From assembly GCA_964036045.1 (NCBI GenBank), contig OZ038378.1:199516001-199580000 (forward strand): a stretch of 64,000 nucleotides of DNA. The letters are read 5' to 3'. Source of the DNA: Eutreptiella sp. 'Long Island Sound 2002' (taxonomy: Eukaryota; Protista; Euglenida). Position numbers and translations under genes: made by a program. This document shows, one piece after another, positions 13,062 through 26,920 of the stretch; position 1 is the stretch's first letter; each line of letters opens with the position of its first letter. The notes beneath the pieces were generated by a model. That model was not told the DNA's origin. It did no database searches and saw nothing but the letters and a program-made list of their open reading frames with translations.

Positions 13062-13175
13062 TGTGGGTGTGGGTGTGGGTGTGGGTGTGGGTGTGGGTGT
13101 GGGTGTGGGTGTGGGTGTGGGTGTGGGTGTGGGTGTGGGTGTGAGTGTGAGTGTGGGTGGGTGGGTGTGGGTGGG
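13062..13175. repeat. (GGGTGT)n hexamer microsatellite in an intron
   Basis: About 13 perfect copies with a degenerate tail. It produces the spurious PH/TH/GV/CG ORFs. Confidence 0.95.
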
Positions 13176-13375
13176 TGTCTGTGGGTGTCTTTGTCAGCAA
13201 TCTGTAAAAGCATGGCATAGGACGGCAGTCAGTATGATTAACCTCCCCTTTACCCTCTGTGCCATGCATCCAGGAAGTGACTGGTGGGGTTGGGGTTATA
13301 GATACAGTTGTGCGTGAGACCATTTGTGCCAGGAGCGACGCCGGCGCTGTCCTTTGGCGCGAATTGGAGGCACAC

Positions 13376-13515
13376 CTCAGGCCCACCAAATATGACCAGT
13401 ACCCAAAGCTCTGCATTTTGTTGGTGATTGCCTTCGTGGTATTCAGACTGGAGCACTCCCAGAACCAGATCCCAACGACATGCTCCTTCAGTAAACCTGT
13501 TGCCCCTTCAAGAAC
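13376..13515 (-). CDS. FkbM-family methyltransferase exon 5
   Basis: ttgcag|GTT...CTGAG|gtgtgc, 140 nt. Reads VLEGATGLLKEHVVGIWFWEC...FGYWSYLVGLR, continuing the KIDxExxExxVLxGA motif. Confidence 0.85.
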
Positions 13516-13635
13516 CTGCAAAGCAGGCCATGGTCAAGGGGCCATGCAGGGCAAGCGTAAGTGGCCTGGCAGGCCGTAGCCAATGAATCGTGTGGAACAA
13601 TTAGCGGGTCTGCAGGAGGTTCTCTGGCTCAGGGG

Positions 13636-13870
13636 CAGGCCTTTGCTTAGTGATACTGGGGGGGGGGGGGTCAAATTGGCCCCCCAGGATTTTGGCTGAC
13701 CCACCCACCCATCCACATCAGAAAATTTTTCCTCAGGAAAAAAATGAAATTTATCAAAGGGGCCCGAACTTGGAGGTCGATTTTAGGTACACAAACTTTT
13801 TTTTGGCCTCTGACCCACCCACCCACCCCCCCCCCGGTATAGTATCAACCAGCCACTAAGCAAAGGCCTG
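13636..13870. mobile_element. hAT-like MITE (235 bp)
   Basis: 17-bp perfect TIR CAGGCCTTTGCTTAGTG (13636-13652 / 13854-13870). Flanks CTCAGGGG and CTCAGGGC give a 7/8 match to an 8-bp TSD. Confidence 0.75.
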
Positions 13871-14514
13871 CTCAGGGCTCAGAGACTTCCGAATGAATGC
13901 GCTCGTGTGTGTGTCGGGGGCTTCGCTGTGCGTATCACTCGGCAGGCGGCGAGGAGGGCTGGAAAAGGGACGCCATTTCAGAGCAGTAGGATGCGTTGTG
14001 CTCTGTCCCTCTGTCCCTACCTACCGGATGCCCAGGGTCCATGACGCTTGGTAGCTTGCCATGTACTCATGTACCACGGATTCAGCGCCTGGGACTGTCT
14101 GGTAGGGTCCCACTTGTTGGACGCAAGGCTACTGGCCAGTCATGCTAGTAGTTCCAGCCAAGCCCAGCAAGGAGCGTGGTCCTTGCTGTGCCCTTTGACC
14201 AACGAGCGATATGCATTGGCTTCCTTGTTTCAGCCGTTATTAGGATTGAACCAGGGCAGCCGGAGAGGTGGCTGCCCCCAGGTGGCAAACTCCAGAAGGC
14301 TTTCGGGGACTTGCTTACGCAGTTTGATGGTTTTTCATCAAAATGCTCTGCACTTTCACCCCTCAAGCCTGTTCTCCGGTGTCAGCCTTCGGTGCAGGCA
14401 TCCACAGCGATCTGAAGGCACGTTCCCCAAGGGCAGGCACCCATCCAATCCCTTTGGAGTTTGTGCGCAACTTTGGGCTTAGGAGGAGCAACATTGGGGG
14501 CTCATGGCAGATAC

Positions 14515-14655
14515 TTCCAATTCGTGCTTCTCAGCATCAATCTTCAGTAAAAAGATGTGTGTCCGGTTGGGGCCCTTCGTTTGCTGCCACCAATCATCAA
14601 GCGTCATGACGTCCACCAACTCGAACCCTTGATTGGCGCGATGGGGATCAGCCAC
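14515..14655 (-). CDS. FkbM-family methyltransferase exon 4
   Basis: ctcag|GTG...GAA|gtatct, 141 nt, phase 0/0. Reads VADPHRANQGFELVDVMTLDDWW...IFLLKIDAEKHELE. Confidence 0.9.
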
Positions 14656-15318
14656 CTGAGCACAAGCGCATGAACACTGATAAGAGAGAATGAAGGCAGT
14701 ACGGCGGGGGGGCAGGGTATTTGGGGTCTGAGAGAAAGGCAAGCCCAGGAACGAAGAAACTCTCCACTTTGTATGTGATTGCACTCACACACATTGTCAA
14801 AACTCTTGCACCTCCGAATTCTTATGCAGTGCCCCTTGTTTGTGCTGCACCGCCTGCAATGCAATTAAATTCTTCGCCAACTTTGCCGGCGCTGCGAGAG
14901 TCTGCGGAATCCGAGGCGTAATCTGAGGGCGCGGTGGTGGTGGAGGCTTGAACGGCCCGACCCGAGTGGCCCAAGGCAGGAGAGGAAGGTGTGAGAGGGC
15001 AGCAGTGGGGTACAGGGGAATGGGATGAGAGCGAGGCACGAGAAGGGAGAAGGGAGGAAGGAGGAGGCTGCAGAAGATGCCCAAAAGAGGAAGGGGTGGA
15101 CGGGTGGGCAATAAGGAGTGTAGGACTGAGATGGCAGTGGAGACAGGCAGGCAAGGAAGGCAGGAGAAGAGGGTGCAGACGAAAATGTAAGCGGAATGCA
15201 CAAGACGAGGGTAGAGTCGAAGGCATGAGAGGGAGGCAGGAAAGGTAGACTGATGAGGTATCACATCACATCTGGAACTTGGGCAAAAATAGGCGCGCAT
15301 GGGCATGGCAGCACATAC

Positions 15319-15432
15319 CAGAGAGGGCACTTCGTCGCCACCAAAATTGTTGCGGTCAGTGTCACGCTTGGCATAATTGTAGAGCTTCATGCGGCCGCTC
15401 TGATGGCTGACCCCAGCATGATATGTGTGGAC
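15319..15432 (-). CDS. FkbM-family methyltransferase exon 3
   Basis: cgcag|GTC...CTG|gtatgt, 114 nt, phase 0/0. Reads VHTYHAGVSHQSGRMKLYNYAKRDTDRNNFGGDEVPSL (the AvSxxxG motif). Confidence 0.8.
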
Positions 15433-17973
15433 CTGCGCCGTGCATCATGCAAACAAACCCCTCATCGCTTCATTTGCCTCCCTTTGACCCAAAGCAACAA
15501 AGTAATTCATACCACCAGACTGTGGTTGCAGGCACCCGTGTCACCCATTTGGCCTGAGACTTAGGGTTACAGAGGGGTTATGTAGCCGTTTTGATTTCTC
15601 TCCGCTTTGGGGTCCCCAAGCAGGTCTTCGGGACAAAACCTTGTGCCATTGACGACGACTCATCCACATCTGGCCCAAACTTCGACTCCGACTCCAACTC
15701 CCACTCCGGTTGCAACTCTGATTTACCTCGGGATCGGGCAGGGCGAGGTTCTGCACCATCTTAATACTATCTATGCCCTCTCGAGTACTCCAAAAGCAGA
15801 GAGAGCTCAGATTGGCTCCATAACCTGCCATCTCGGGAACTCTAGAGTGGAGAGGAATATGTGGACTCATAGCCCATACCAGTATAGGGGACCCGCAAGA
15901 AGTGCACCATTTGTGAAGGAACCGGACCCAAAAGGGAGAATGTACTAAATAAATAAGAACAAAGTGGTGCATAGGGGGAAACATTACATAACAAGTGTTT
16001 GTATGTGTGTACCACTATATATCCTTTGTTTTGGGATAAACACCCAAATAGCGCGCCGCAGCGCCACAAGTGCCACAGGATAAGTGTTTCCAAGGTTATG
16101 TAGCCCCTTAGCCACCCTCCCCTCCTCCAACCTGCCATGTGCCAACTCCCAATGACAAAAAGCAGAACGGACCAAGTGCATCTCTAACCCAATATGTAGC
16201 ACTCATTCGTCCATGACCCAACCTCCTTCTTGTAGCTCTCCCTCCTCCAGCTCCTACAGCTCCTCCTCTAGCTCCTCCTTTGGCTCCTTCTCAAAACACC
16301 CCCCGTCCGCAGAGTCAGGAGATGATATAGGTGTGGGCCACTACCATATGAATTCTAAAATTTGGCGGAATCCTTTTGTGTTGGGTGTTTTGAATTCTGT
16401 CTATGCAGAATTTTTGCGACAGCACCCAAACTGGGGAAAATCATTTTATTTTTGCAATCTTTTCTGCAGCATTCAGTTTTGCGGAGCTGTTGTTGGTTGA
16501 CTGAGTCCACAGTTGTTTTATCTTCACTTTTTTTTTGCATTTGGTCTCCTTTGGGGGGGGGGGGGGGTTATGGTTCATTCATTTTGGTGCCACTGAAAAG
16601 GACCTGGGGTACCTTGGACTCTGGGATTGCAGTCCATTCCTGCACAGGCATACAAATTTGGACCAGTTGAACTCGGGGATTGCAGTCCATAGCACAGGCA
16701 AGCACCAACAAGCCAGTGTGTCAGATGATTCAGGCCAACCAGTTTTTCAACAATCCATCCACATGCTGGTGCCCATGGCCCATGGCACAAGAAATGCTGA
16801 AACACCAATGGAATTTGCAACAGGGCCCGACCACTTTTTCACAAAACTGGTTTGTACATTCGTCGATAGTAGTGCACAAGGCACATCAAATGCTGAAACA
16901 ATGGCACAGAAAGCTCTGCAGGAGCATACAACAAGGCAACGAACAGAAGGGATGAACCATGCAGCACAAGTGTGTTCAAGTCAGAAAGGGGGACAAAAAA
17001 CAATTGCGATCCTTTTTGCTGATGTCATTTTGCGAAGGGTATGAAGCTGAAAATTAATATTCTCGTTGCGGTTTTTTATTTCCCAGAAAACAACACCTTG
17101 TGCCAGAATTAATTACTTTCGCAAAACTTTAGGATTCGTACGGCAGTTACTGTTGGGAAGCAGGTCCGCACTATTGTGGCAGCCAAAAAACATTTTGTAC
17201 ACTACTTCAACTTAGACAGTACAAGCGGATGGTAGAAACAGTAGTGTCGGGTGGTTGAGTTGTGGAGTGACGCCAGTTGCCACAATCCTAATCCACCTCC
17301 CAGTGCAAACAGCAACCCCCCCCCCCCCCTCTCTACACTCCGGGCCCAGCCACCTTCAAGATAGTGCAGGAGGGGTTAGGCACAGACCTACTTAATGTAG
17401 ATTCCTGGGGGGCTTGGCTTGGCATTCAGCATTCGTGAATGCGCCATGGATCATTTGAATTATGGAACCAGGCTTCAAATGGCCAATGATGGTGTGATGG
17501 AACGGGACTGCACGTGGCCTGCAGGGAGGGCAGCATAGCTGTGCTGGTTGGCCAGTGTTGCGGATAGAACGATTGCACTCAAGTTGGATTATTCAGTGAT
17601 TAGCTGTGTGAATGGATTTTCAAAAACATTTTCATCGTCAGCATGCTTTAAATAGTTGGACCTTTCACCCAAAGTAAAGCAGCCTGCGGCTGCAGGATGG
17701 CATAAGGCTGCTATAGGCACGCCCTTGGGTCTACTTTATGTGGCAGGGCCTTGTGGCAGGTGGCTTTTGTGGTATTCAAAAACAGCCCTCGTCTCATTGG
17801 TGACTGAACTCCCGAATAGCCTTGGGTCAAACCACGTACAGCAGGTGGTCGGAATGTAGGGCCAGCCCAGCGGCTGGTGTTCCACAGTTTTGTGTGGCTG
17901 TATTTTAGAGCGGGGGCTCATTGGCTCAAAAGAAACGGGAAAATGGGGTGTGCACCTGCAAAACTGGGGGCAC

Positions 17974-18154
17974 TTGCAGTCGACGCTGGCCATAGTTCAG
18001 GCGTTTCGATGGCGGGTTGAATGGTTTGGAGCACGAGCCGTTGCAAAAAGAAGTCAGGGTACTCTCCAAGATTTTGTAGTTCTCTTGTTTGGGCTCGAAC
18101 GCATGCAACTCCAGCGAAGATTGACCGTAATCAAACCCCAATTGGAAAGGATTC
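17974..18154 (-). CDS. FkbM-family methyltransferase exon 2
   Basis: ctcag|G...CAA|gtgccc, 181 nt. Contains LELHAFEPKQENYKIL (the AFEP motif). The 3' donor choice is inferred from phase. Confidence 0.8.
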
Positions 18155-18839
18155 CTGAGATGATTGCGTCAGGGCGGCCGCCAAGCACAGGGGCTATTGC
18201 GCAATTCCCATGCACCAAATCACATGCACTCCAAAACAGGGCGGGGTGTGTGTGCATTGTTAGGCTGCCCAGGGACGGCGTATGTGCAGGGCAGTATAAT
18301 GCACATGCATTAGCTACGCAGGAAAGGGCTGTATACATGCTCATAGGTAATCGTGTGCAATAATAAGGGCAGTGCAGGGGCTTTGTGGGGGCTGCATACG
18401 GGATGTGCATGTGAGCAATACATCCAATGTTTGTCACTGGTAAGAATAGACAAATGATGCTTCAGTTGCAGTCGGTGCTTAATAAACGAAACTTTGGAGG
18501 TTAAGCACTGGCGAATGGCGGACAAATGCCGGCCGTCGGCGCTGATTCGCCGGGCCATAGGGCTGTCCTTAGTCAAAAAGTACACAAAATCTCGTTGTTA
18601 AAGCACCCCGGTGCCTTAGCCTATCCACAAACGTTCCCTCGCAGAACAGTGCGCGTAGTGGGAAACCACTGCTGACTCGCCGAAGAGGCAGTGAGCTTAC
18701 GCGTCAGACGCACGGGACTCAGGGACATGGCGCCGGGCGGTAGTGCGCAGGGCCGCAGGGCTCACGCAGAGGGCACCAGGGGTACGTGCCTCGACACCAA
18801 CGTATTACCGAGGAGGACTGGACAGAAGGAGGTGCATAC

Positions 18840-18985
18840 CATTGCTTCTTCCTCCAATCTTCAAGAGCCTGCGGGGTCCAAGACATGGAGCCTCTGTACT
18901 TGGCACAGGGGGTCTGGAACGCAAGGATCGTCTCCGCAGAGAAGAAGCCTACGTTTGCACCGACGTCCACAATCACTTTGGGGTC
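18840..18985 (-). CDS. FkbM-family methyltransferase, first identifiable exon (SAM-binding motif I)
   Basis: ttcag|GAC...TG|gtatgc, 146 nt. Reads DPKVIVDVGANVGFFSAETIL; TG|G joins exon 2 as Trp. Confidence 0.9.
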
Positions 18986-21539
18986 CTGAAGATGCACAGC
19001 ACAGCACCAACCGGAATGAGAACATGTGGCATCGGCACAGGCTGCACTGCTTTGTCTGCAATTCTTTTGCAATTGCTTTTGCGTTTGAGGGCGCTTTCCT
19101 TGATTTCACAGCAAACTTCTGGTGGTGATGTGGAATGGTTTTTCTTCCAGACCAGCAGCGATTCCAAGCGTGAGCACAAATTGGACGACGTTTTCGTACC
19201 ATGCTTCAATTCCATGATATTGGGGGCTGCCTCCTGTAATTACTTTGCCTTTGGATCAAGTTGTACGATGCAAAGAAAAACCCTGTGCCAACTGTCCAGA
19301 AGTGCTGTTCCCTTGGGGTTAAGGGGGTTGCGTGCGGTAACGCAATTTTCCTGCAATTTATCACAATTGGATTGGATGGTCCATGACCGCAGCCCCGTGC
19401 CCCCTTCTCAAAAGCAGTTTAATCCTGAAAAGTGGTGGCATTGTGGCTGATTTTTCTCTCTGTCATTATGGGCCCCAAACACGGCCAATGAGGGTGCCTC
19501 GGTGCCTCAGCATGACAAATAGTCTTTTTGACTAATTTTGGGTGGTGTGCAACGCATGGGTAGCCAAGAAGCAGGAGGCTGCATGTGTTGTTTGAGGATT
19601 GGAGCCTATGCTACAAGGATGGTCCAATGTACAGGTCCATGTGGGTGGAATACAATGCCATAACTTTGTTCCAGATGGGCATGATGCAGATCTGGTGGGG
19701 TTTACAAAATATGCACGCAAGGCTCATACAGTGCTCAAGCAGTGCGCACGAAGTTCAATGACATTGCCACAGACCGAGTTGCGAAACACCTACAGATGCA
19801 CATACCACTATCATCACCACTACTGCTATTACTACTTGCACAATCCCCTGTCACGACGTGCTACAACCTCTCACACAGTCCTCGGTCACAGACCTTGTTA
19901 TACAGCACATACAGATGTGTCTCCTTCTGCAGAAACAACTCGTCGTACAAGGCAGAAATGTGCGATAGAGACTTGAGGAGATGCGAAAGAGGAACCTGTT
20001 GTGCCGAAGTACACTGTAGGGCTAGGGGCATACACAAGGCTACGGCTGGGGCGAGAGCTGGGGGTAGGGGTAAGGCCACAGCCCAGCTGAGGCCAGGGCA
20101 AGGGCGAGGGATGGGTTCAGGGTGGGGCCACGGCGTCCACTCTCAGAATCCATATCTGCACAGCCGCGGCTGTGGCCGATAAACTAGAGTGTTGCCCTTC
20201 CTTTGTGTGTTCGCGTTGTCCGGTTGGCAACATCGCAAAACGGCACCACTCGCTTGCTGCATCTCAGTCCCTGGACTCCAGGAAAATTGCTCCAGGGCGA
20301 CTTTTCTGGCTTCCCACGACGTGCTGATTCCAGAAATACCATTTTCATGTTTGTTGTTTTTAGTTGTCCCTGACTGGCCCCACACGACCGGGTGGCCTGG
20401 AAATGGCCTGACAGGAAAGCCCCACCACAGGGGAAAGGGGGGCTCTAACCCCCCCCCCTCTCTGATGAAAATTCGTTTTCCATTTTTTGTTGCCCAGAAA
20501 TGGCCAAAATCCAGTCCTTGACAGAAGAGCCCCCTTTTCAAGATCCCCCCTCCATTGTGAGACATGAAAAACGACACAATCTACGTCACCACAGGTGTAT
20601 GTACAGTATACACATGGCCAACAAATTTATTTGCATCATTATACATACACGACAACAATGGTTGAGGGTTGCGAGGTGTTGACAACGTTGGGGAAAGCAC
20701 CACCAAAGTGAGAGGACATCGCTCATGGTGGTGGGTGGTAATGGGCTGAAGATGTAATGTACATGTACAACAATGTAAATGATAGTTACACATTTCATGG
20801 TCCTTTAGTGCCCTTTTGATGACCCTTGGGGGGTAGCTGATGGTGGTAAGCACCCTGTGACTCTGAATTCATGCGGTCAAATCCGGTTGAGCTAGAACCA
20901 ATCGGTAGGCTAAAAATGGAGAAAGGTAACAACCATTTTCCAATTTGACGACCTACAAATACATAGGCAAAGATGTATAGACAAAAAAATATTACACGGT
21001 AGGAGTTTTTTGGAAACTCTCATGGCGTCCATTGCATTCCATATGGAATCCAACTTGTTGGCTGACGCACGGGACCATGATGAACTACTTTGTGATGATG
21101 CCTTTGAAGCGGCAACTAAGAATGAAGAATCAGATGTGTCGGAATTTTCAAGCAATGATGATGCTGATGACGGTGATGCTGAGAAGGTTGATGCCACTGC
21201 TGATGTTGCTGTTCTTGATTGCGTGCCGATGATGACTCCGAACCGGATGGTGATGATGGTGATGCTGAGAAGTTTGATTATGCCAATGCTGCTTGCAATG
21301 AACCCGCTTCTGCCATACACTGGTGATAAAATGAGGGGTGTCCCGGCGTGGCTGATTTCTTGGATAATCTATTTGTTGGAGTTTATCTAGGGTGCTTATC
21401 CCATCCGTGCAAACTTGCTAGTGCTGCAGCATCGGCATGCAGCATGTGCACAGCCAGGGTGGTTGGAGAAATGCTACAGGAGGGGAGGGGGTTGTTAGAG
21501 CCCCCTGGATTCCACGCCCAAAACTTGATGCTTATGTTG

Positions 21540-22900
21540 TTGATGATGATGCTGTGAAGGAGGCTAAAAAAACCAAGCGCTTTAAGAAAATGCAGAAAAA
21601 CTTACACCGTGGCCAGGGTTCCAAAAATTCATCGGGCAAAAGGACGAGACAACCCCCCCCCCCCCCTGTCCGAGTCAAGCGCCGAGCTGGTGCACTACTT
21701 TGTCAGAATGAAGGTTTTTCATCCATTCAATGGAAAGTGTTGGACCTCACAAATGAGCAAACGTTATTGGTCAACAAACGTCAACCAGACAATTGGGCCA
21801 AAAGTATGGACAAAATGGAGGGTATGGTTTTGGCCCAGACTTCAGGACACATTACTGGTGGCAGTCGAAGAGTGCTGTACCAAAAATGCAATGTCACTTT
21901 GTATCAATGGTTTTCAGCACACCATGCACAAAATCTGCCAGTGTCTGCACGCATGCTCACCGACGAAGCCCAACGGTTGGCACAGCCTGGTGAACATATT
22001 CTGTCACGCCGCTGGCTCGAAAAGTTCCGAAAGCGGCACCACATTGTTTTGTGAAAAGCACAATGCCAGACACAGCTTTCTACAGCAAAACGGGACTCCG
22101 GGCTAAATGGGTTGTTTCCCTATTGATATTTGCAACCCTCTGCCATTCGAGTTTGGGTTAACTATGAGATACCAGCTGCATTGGTTGGGCTGTTGGGTAA
22201 TGTGCCAACACTGGAGCACAAGGGATCGTCAAATGTCATGGTTTCATTCGGAGAAAATCATTTTCAACGCATGGGCACACTGATTGCAGTGCTTGCTGCC
22301 ATTAAGGAGGGCGATGATTTGAGTGCACTAACTTTGGACCCTGCCCTCATCTTGAAGTGCAAGAAACCAAAAGTAATTATGACCCCCCACGCTTTGCTTG
22401 TGAACACAAACCCCACAGGTGTGATCAATGCCAATTACTTGAGGTATCATTCTGTAGCCTATTTGCAACGTCAATCTGCCAAAACAAATGCTGAGTGTAT
22501 CGTTATAATGGATTCCACAACTGCACATATATATTCTACAATATTGGCTGCATTCCGTCATGCCGAGTTGGTGTATGCTGTCATACCAGGTCTATTGACT
22601 ATGTTTGTGCTGCCCATTGACATAGCCTTGGCTGCATTGTATGGGACTGCACATCACCGCTTATGTGTGGCACGGATGGAGGGGAAACGCAAGCCCACTG
22701 CTGCTCACGCCCACAACTTATTTGTGGAATTTTGCTTGTAACAGCTACAAGCACATTGGATGTGCCGAAAGTGTTCCAAGAGTTGGGCTATATAGACCCT
22801 ACGAAGGCCAAGTTACGTGTTCCTTTCCAATTTGTACCCCCTGTTGTGCCAGCTAGTGATGCATTACCACCAAAACCAATGCCAAAGGCCCAGCCCATAC
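21540..22900 (+). mobile_element. pogo/Tigger-like (Tc1-mariner superfamily) transposase pseudogene
   Basis: CENP-B-type HTH: LYQWFSAHHAQNLPVSARMLTDEAQRLA...SRRWLEKFRKRHHI. DDE_1-like segment: CIVIMDSTTAHIY...VIPGLLTMFVLPID. Stops and frameshifts lie between and after them. Confidence 0.85.
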
Positions 22901-22939
22901 CTGTGGCTAGACAGCCGGGGAAGGCGGGCTTTCACTTGC

Positions 22940-23300
22940 GTGGGGGGGGGGGGGGTATCAATAGAGCCCCCAAAAACTGTGGGGGGGGGTTGGGAAAAGG
23001 GCTCAATTGACAGACACCATTAATCAGTGATTATGAACTCTGGCCTCAAAGGCGCCGAGAGTTTTTTTGACCATTGAAAATGGTCAATTTTTTCCCCCAC
23101 CAAATACATGGCAAGTGGTGTATTTTCTGAACCCCCTAGACGCGCTGATTCCAAAAACCCCATTTTCATTTTTTGCCGAATTTTGGGTCTGGGCCACCTC
23201 CGGGGCCCGGGATTCAGTCTCGGTAGGATTTTGGGGGTCCTGTCAATTGAGCCGTTTTTTTTGGGCAGGGTTCCTAGCCAGGGGGGCTCTATTGACCACG
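22940..23300. mobile_element. MITE at the 3' end of the pogo remnant
   Basis: 14-bp inverted repeat TCAATAGAGCCCCC (22958-22971) / GGGGGCTCTATTGA (23282-23295). No clear TSD. Confidence 0.6.
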
Positions 23301-26289
23301 CTATTCGAAACAGTTGTGTGTGCACGACTAGCACTGCTCAAAGCAAAGCAGAAATGCAAAGCAAAAGTCGAAGAATAAAGCTCTTCACTGACATGTCATA
23401 GGCGCCTTTCACTGTAGCAAACAAGACAGCAGGTGAATGTTGTTTGTCCACTACTCCTGTGGTCCTATGAACTATCATCTGGTTGGTACAGGGCAGCAGC
23501 AAAAGGTGCCGCCAGGTATGAAATTCTGACGTCAAATTGTAACAGCAGCAACCCCCCGCCTGCAAGTGAAAGCCCGCGTTCCTCTGTCCCTGGCATCATT
23601 CCTTTCCAAAAAGTAAACAATGTTTTCAACTCAGCCCACAAATCTGTGCAGTGCATGTCCCTGTGGTGCTCTCATTAGGGGTGCGTGATATTATTTCAGG
23701 TGGTCAAAATAATATCATGCGCACGTGATATTATTTTCACACGTGATATTAATGGGGGGGGGGGGTATGTTTCCACCATTGAAGAAATGAAAATGCCCAA
23801 TTTGGAAGGTGGAATTGGGCGAAAAGTAGCTTTTTGTTACCACTTAAGCGGCCCTAGTACAGAGCCGTGGCGTGGAATATGAGTCCCAATTGCTCATTTG
23901 CATCCGCTTGATGACCAAATCATTACAAAAAAACAACGGCTCCATTTGGAAGCACCATCTGGGCACGGCAGTATTTGTTGCAAATTTCAAATGGAAACCT
24001 CACAAAAATTAGCTTTTTCACCACTTCAATGGCCATAGCGTCAAACGGAATACAGCTCCTTCATTGCCCATTTGCATTGTGTTTATGTCCCAATCATTGT
24101 GGAAAGCGAACGACTCCATTTGGAAGCACTGGGTTGGTGCAGCAGCAAACATTCTGAATTTTCCGGTTTTGACTCTTTTATGGGACGCTCAGCTCGGCCA
24201 TCAGCTCCGTTGGGGTATGGCAATCAATATGGAAAAACAATGGTTCCATTTTGAATGATAGGAGGACTTTTATCACATTACAGTGTCGCACAGGACAATG
24301 CAACACCCAGGGGCGTCAATGTCATACACATCGTTCAGCAACAGCTTGGCCTTCCCTATGGAAGAGGGGTATGGAGCCTCGCCCAGTTCGTGTCCCTGGA
24401 ACAAGCCCTATGCTGAGGCACCTCCGTTGAATGCTTTGCAGCCGCCCAGGAGAAGTACTTCAGCTGTTGGTTGTGTCGATCACGGAATGCCCGGGGCCAT
24501 CCGGTCATGGAGCTGCCGGCACAGACCTCGTCGGTCACCTCTTTGGCCTAAGGGACAAAGATGATACACAGAGGCGTCAGCGCAATACCCCCGCCTCCCC
24601 GACTTCCATCGAATGCCGCTTGACCCGTCTACACCGGCCCCACCGCCACAGCGCACTCCGAAAGACCGAAAGAACGGAGAGGCGGAGCTGCCACGTTTGC
24701 GCTTCGCCGTCACGTGCTGGTCCAGAGCACGACCTGCAGGCTATCCCGTGCTGCGGGGACCGCCACTGAGCAGGCCATAGCGCAGTGTCAGGACGCCACA
24801 CTGCAATACAGGGCTGGGCCCCCTTTGTGGGTGCCACGCCAGGACTGCAGGGGCTGTGTGCATGAATGCAGGGCATTGACTCTTTTGGCGGCCGCAACCC
24901 TCTCCAGACGGCCCAGACGGTGCCTCTGCACTCCCGGGTCACCGACTTGTGGCACCAGATGATACCCCCCCCCCCATCACACAAAGACTGTGGGCGGCCG
25001 GAGCGAAAAGTTGGCTCGTCGCCCCTGCCCCAAACACAACCCCCATCTGCCCGGCGGGTGCCCCTTGATGCCCTCACGACAGGATTTCTTTCACCACCTG
25101 CACCGCCACGCGGCATCTGGAACGATGTCTGTGAGACGCTGAGCGCGGCGCTGCTCACCTTTGGGGGGAGGGACGGGGGGGGGGCGTTTCTTGGTGACCG
25201 TTCCTCCCGGGTCGCGCGCTCTGGGGGGACTGTGCGTGGGGGCGGAGGCCACAGCCGGCAGCCAGTCAGCAGCCGCCCCGTCCTCCCGACTGGAGGAACC
25301 CCCCGCCGTGGCCGAGTCCCAAGGGAAGCCATTCCCGGAGATGCCAAAAAAGATTTTTTGTTGGCTCAGACCAAGATGAGCTGGCGTAGCCTGCTCACTT
25401 TACGGTACTCGAGACAGCCTCTCGGAATCAAGGTTCAGCGCTGTCCAGTGCTACAATGATCCCACAAATGCGTGTGGTAGCGGATCTGACACGTAGTGAG
25501 GATTAGCTGAGTCTGAAACCAGGTTATGCAGTGGGAGACGGCCAATGACTGTAGGCCCAGTCCCGAAGATGCCAAAATAAATGCGCAAGAACGCCAAACC
25601 ACCCCAAGAAAAGTTGAAGTGCCCCTGCCCTCTGCACAAAACCACAGCGGCCCCGCCCCAACACCAATTACCTCTGCAGACTTCTGTGCCACACGCTCTG
25701 GCACGTCTGCCGCCGGTGACGGACAAGGCGGACAAGGCACAGCACGCGCAGGGTCTGGGGCGTGCTGTGCGGCTGAGGCGTCATCAGACCGCGTCAATCG
25801 TGCCACTGGGGCTCGATTCTGCGAGTTTGGGGCGCTGCAGTGGCAATTGCATTGGCAGCTGCCCCTCAGCACGACCCAAGTGGTCAGAAATGTGGTGTAG
25901 ATACTGAGGCCAACGATGATCAGCCCATGGAAGCCGATGCGCATAATCAACCACTGAAGGAGGGTATCAGGCAGAATGGGCGAGGGAGATCCGCGATTGT
26001 CGGCCCCGCCTCCCTATTCTTTGGCCTTGGAAGGCATCGGATTGGACGCAGCCCAGCGACGAAATTGAGAAACACCGGCTAAGGGGTTGCGGGTGCGCAA
26101 ATCCACTCTGCACGGAGGCTGAGAGGCCTCGGCCCACCCTAAACGGCTGATTAATGTTCCCGTTCCCATGTGTTGTATCAAACGTGTGCTTGCCTTCCCT
26201 TCCCTCCCGTTTGGCGACTCCCTTGACCTCCTTCTTCCCTATGTCCACTTTGTCAGGTGCAACACCCTCTTCCTTAGGGGGTTACTGTG

Positions 26290-26920
26290 GTGGTAGGGCA
26301 GGAGGGTACATAGAACATGAAGGATGATGAAGAAATACGGTTACACAAGAGGGAAAACCAGGGGATGTTGCGGAAGAAATGTTAGAGGGCATCAAGGAGA
26401 GATTCTTTGAGTTAGGAAGTGAGCGGGCACTTGAGCTCATGCACTTGAGTTCAGAGCTCAAAACAGAACACAGGTCCACAGTTGCCAGACCGGGAACACA
26501 AAGGTTGAGGCAGTGATGCGCAGCATCCGTTATTGAAGCAGACGAAAGAAGGAATCCAACGTGATTTGATGCAGAAGAAGTTTTGGTTGTGGGAAATATT
26601 TTGCAATTGCGCATAGTGTCCGTGTGAGGTCAGGGGCAATGTTTGAAGGCACTGCACAGGGGCAGGGATTTTTGTTTGGTGGTGGAAGCAATTGTACTAG
26701 GTAGAAACATTTTTGTACAGAGGCATTGCATTCCCCCACCTTTACGCAGTGACTAACGAACGATGTTTAGCTATTTGGGTGGCTCACCGTAAGGGTGCTT
26801 TTAAGGGCAAAAAAGCGCCATTCGACCAAGGCAGGAGGTGGCAGAGGTTGTTGGGCAAGACCATGGTCAACTTTGAGGGGGAGCTCTTGCACTGTGTGCG
26901 CACTGCACGCTACTTTTAGA
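26290..26920 (+). pseudogene. Decayed reading frame of unknown family
   Basis: One frame reads protein-like (TVTQEGKPGDVAEEMLEGIKERFFELGSERALELMHLSSELK...) but is broken by several TGA stops. No family recognised. Confidence 0.3.

Noticed and set aside
12958-13317. ORFs with PH, TH, GV and CG dipeptide repeats
   Set aside because: They are translations of the intronic (GGGTGT)n microsatellite.
21010-21390. Acidic ORF (NDDADDGDAEKVD...) upstream of the pogo transposase
   Set aside because: Low-complexity GAT-rich sequence with no recognisable domain; probably part of the decayed element.
24280-25950. GC-rich region with many overlapping ORFs and a possible CWLCRSRN zinc finger
   Set aside because: No frame gives a coherent recognisable protein; the ORF density is explained by GC content.
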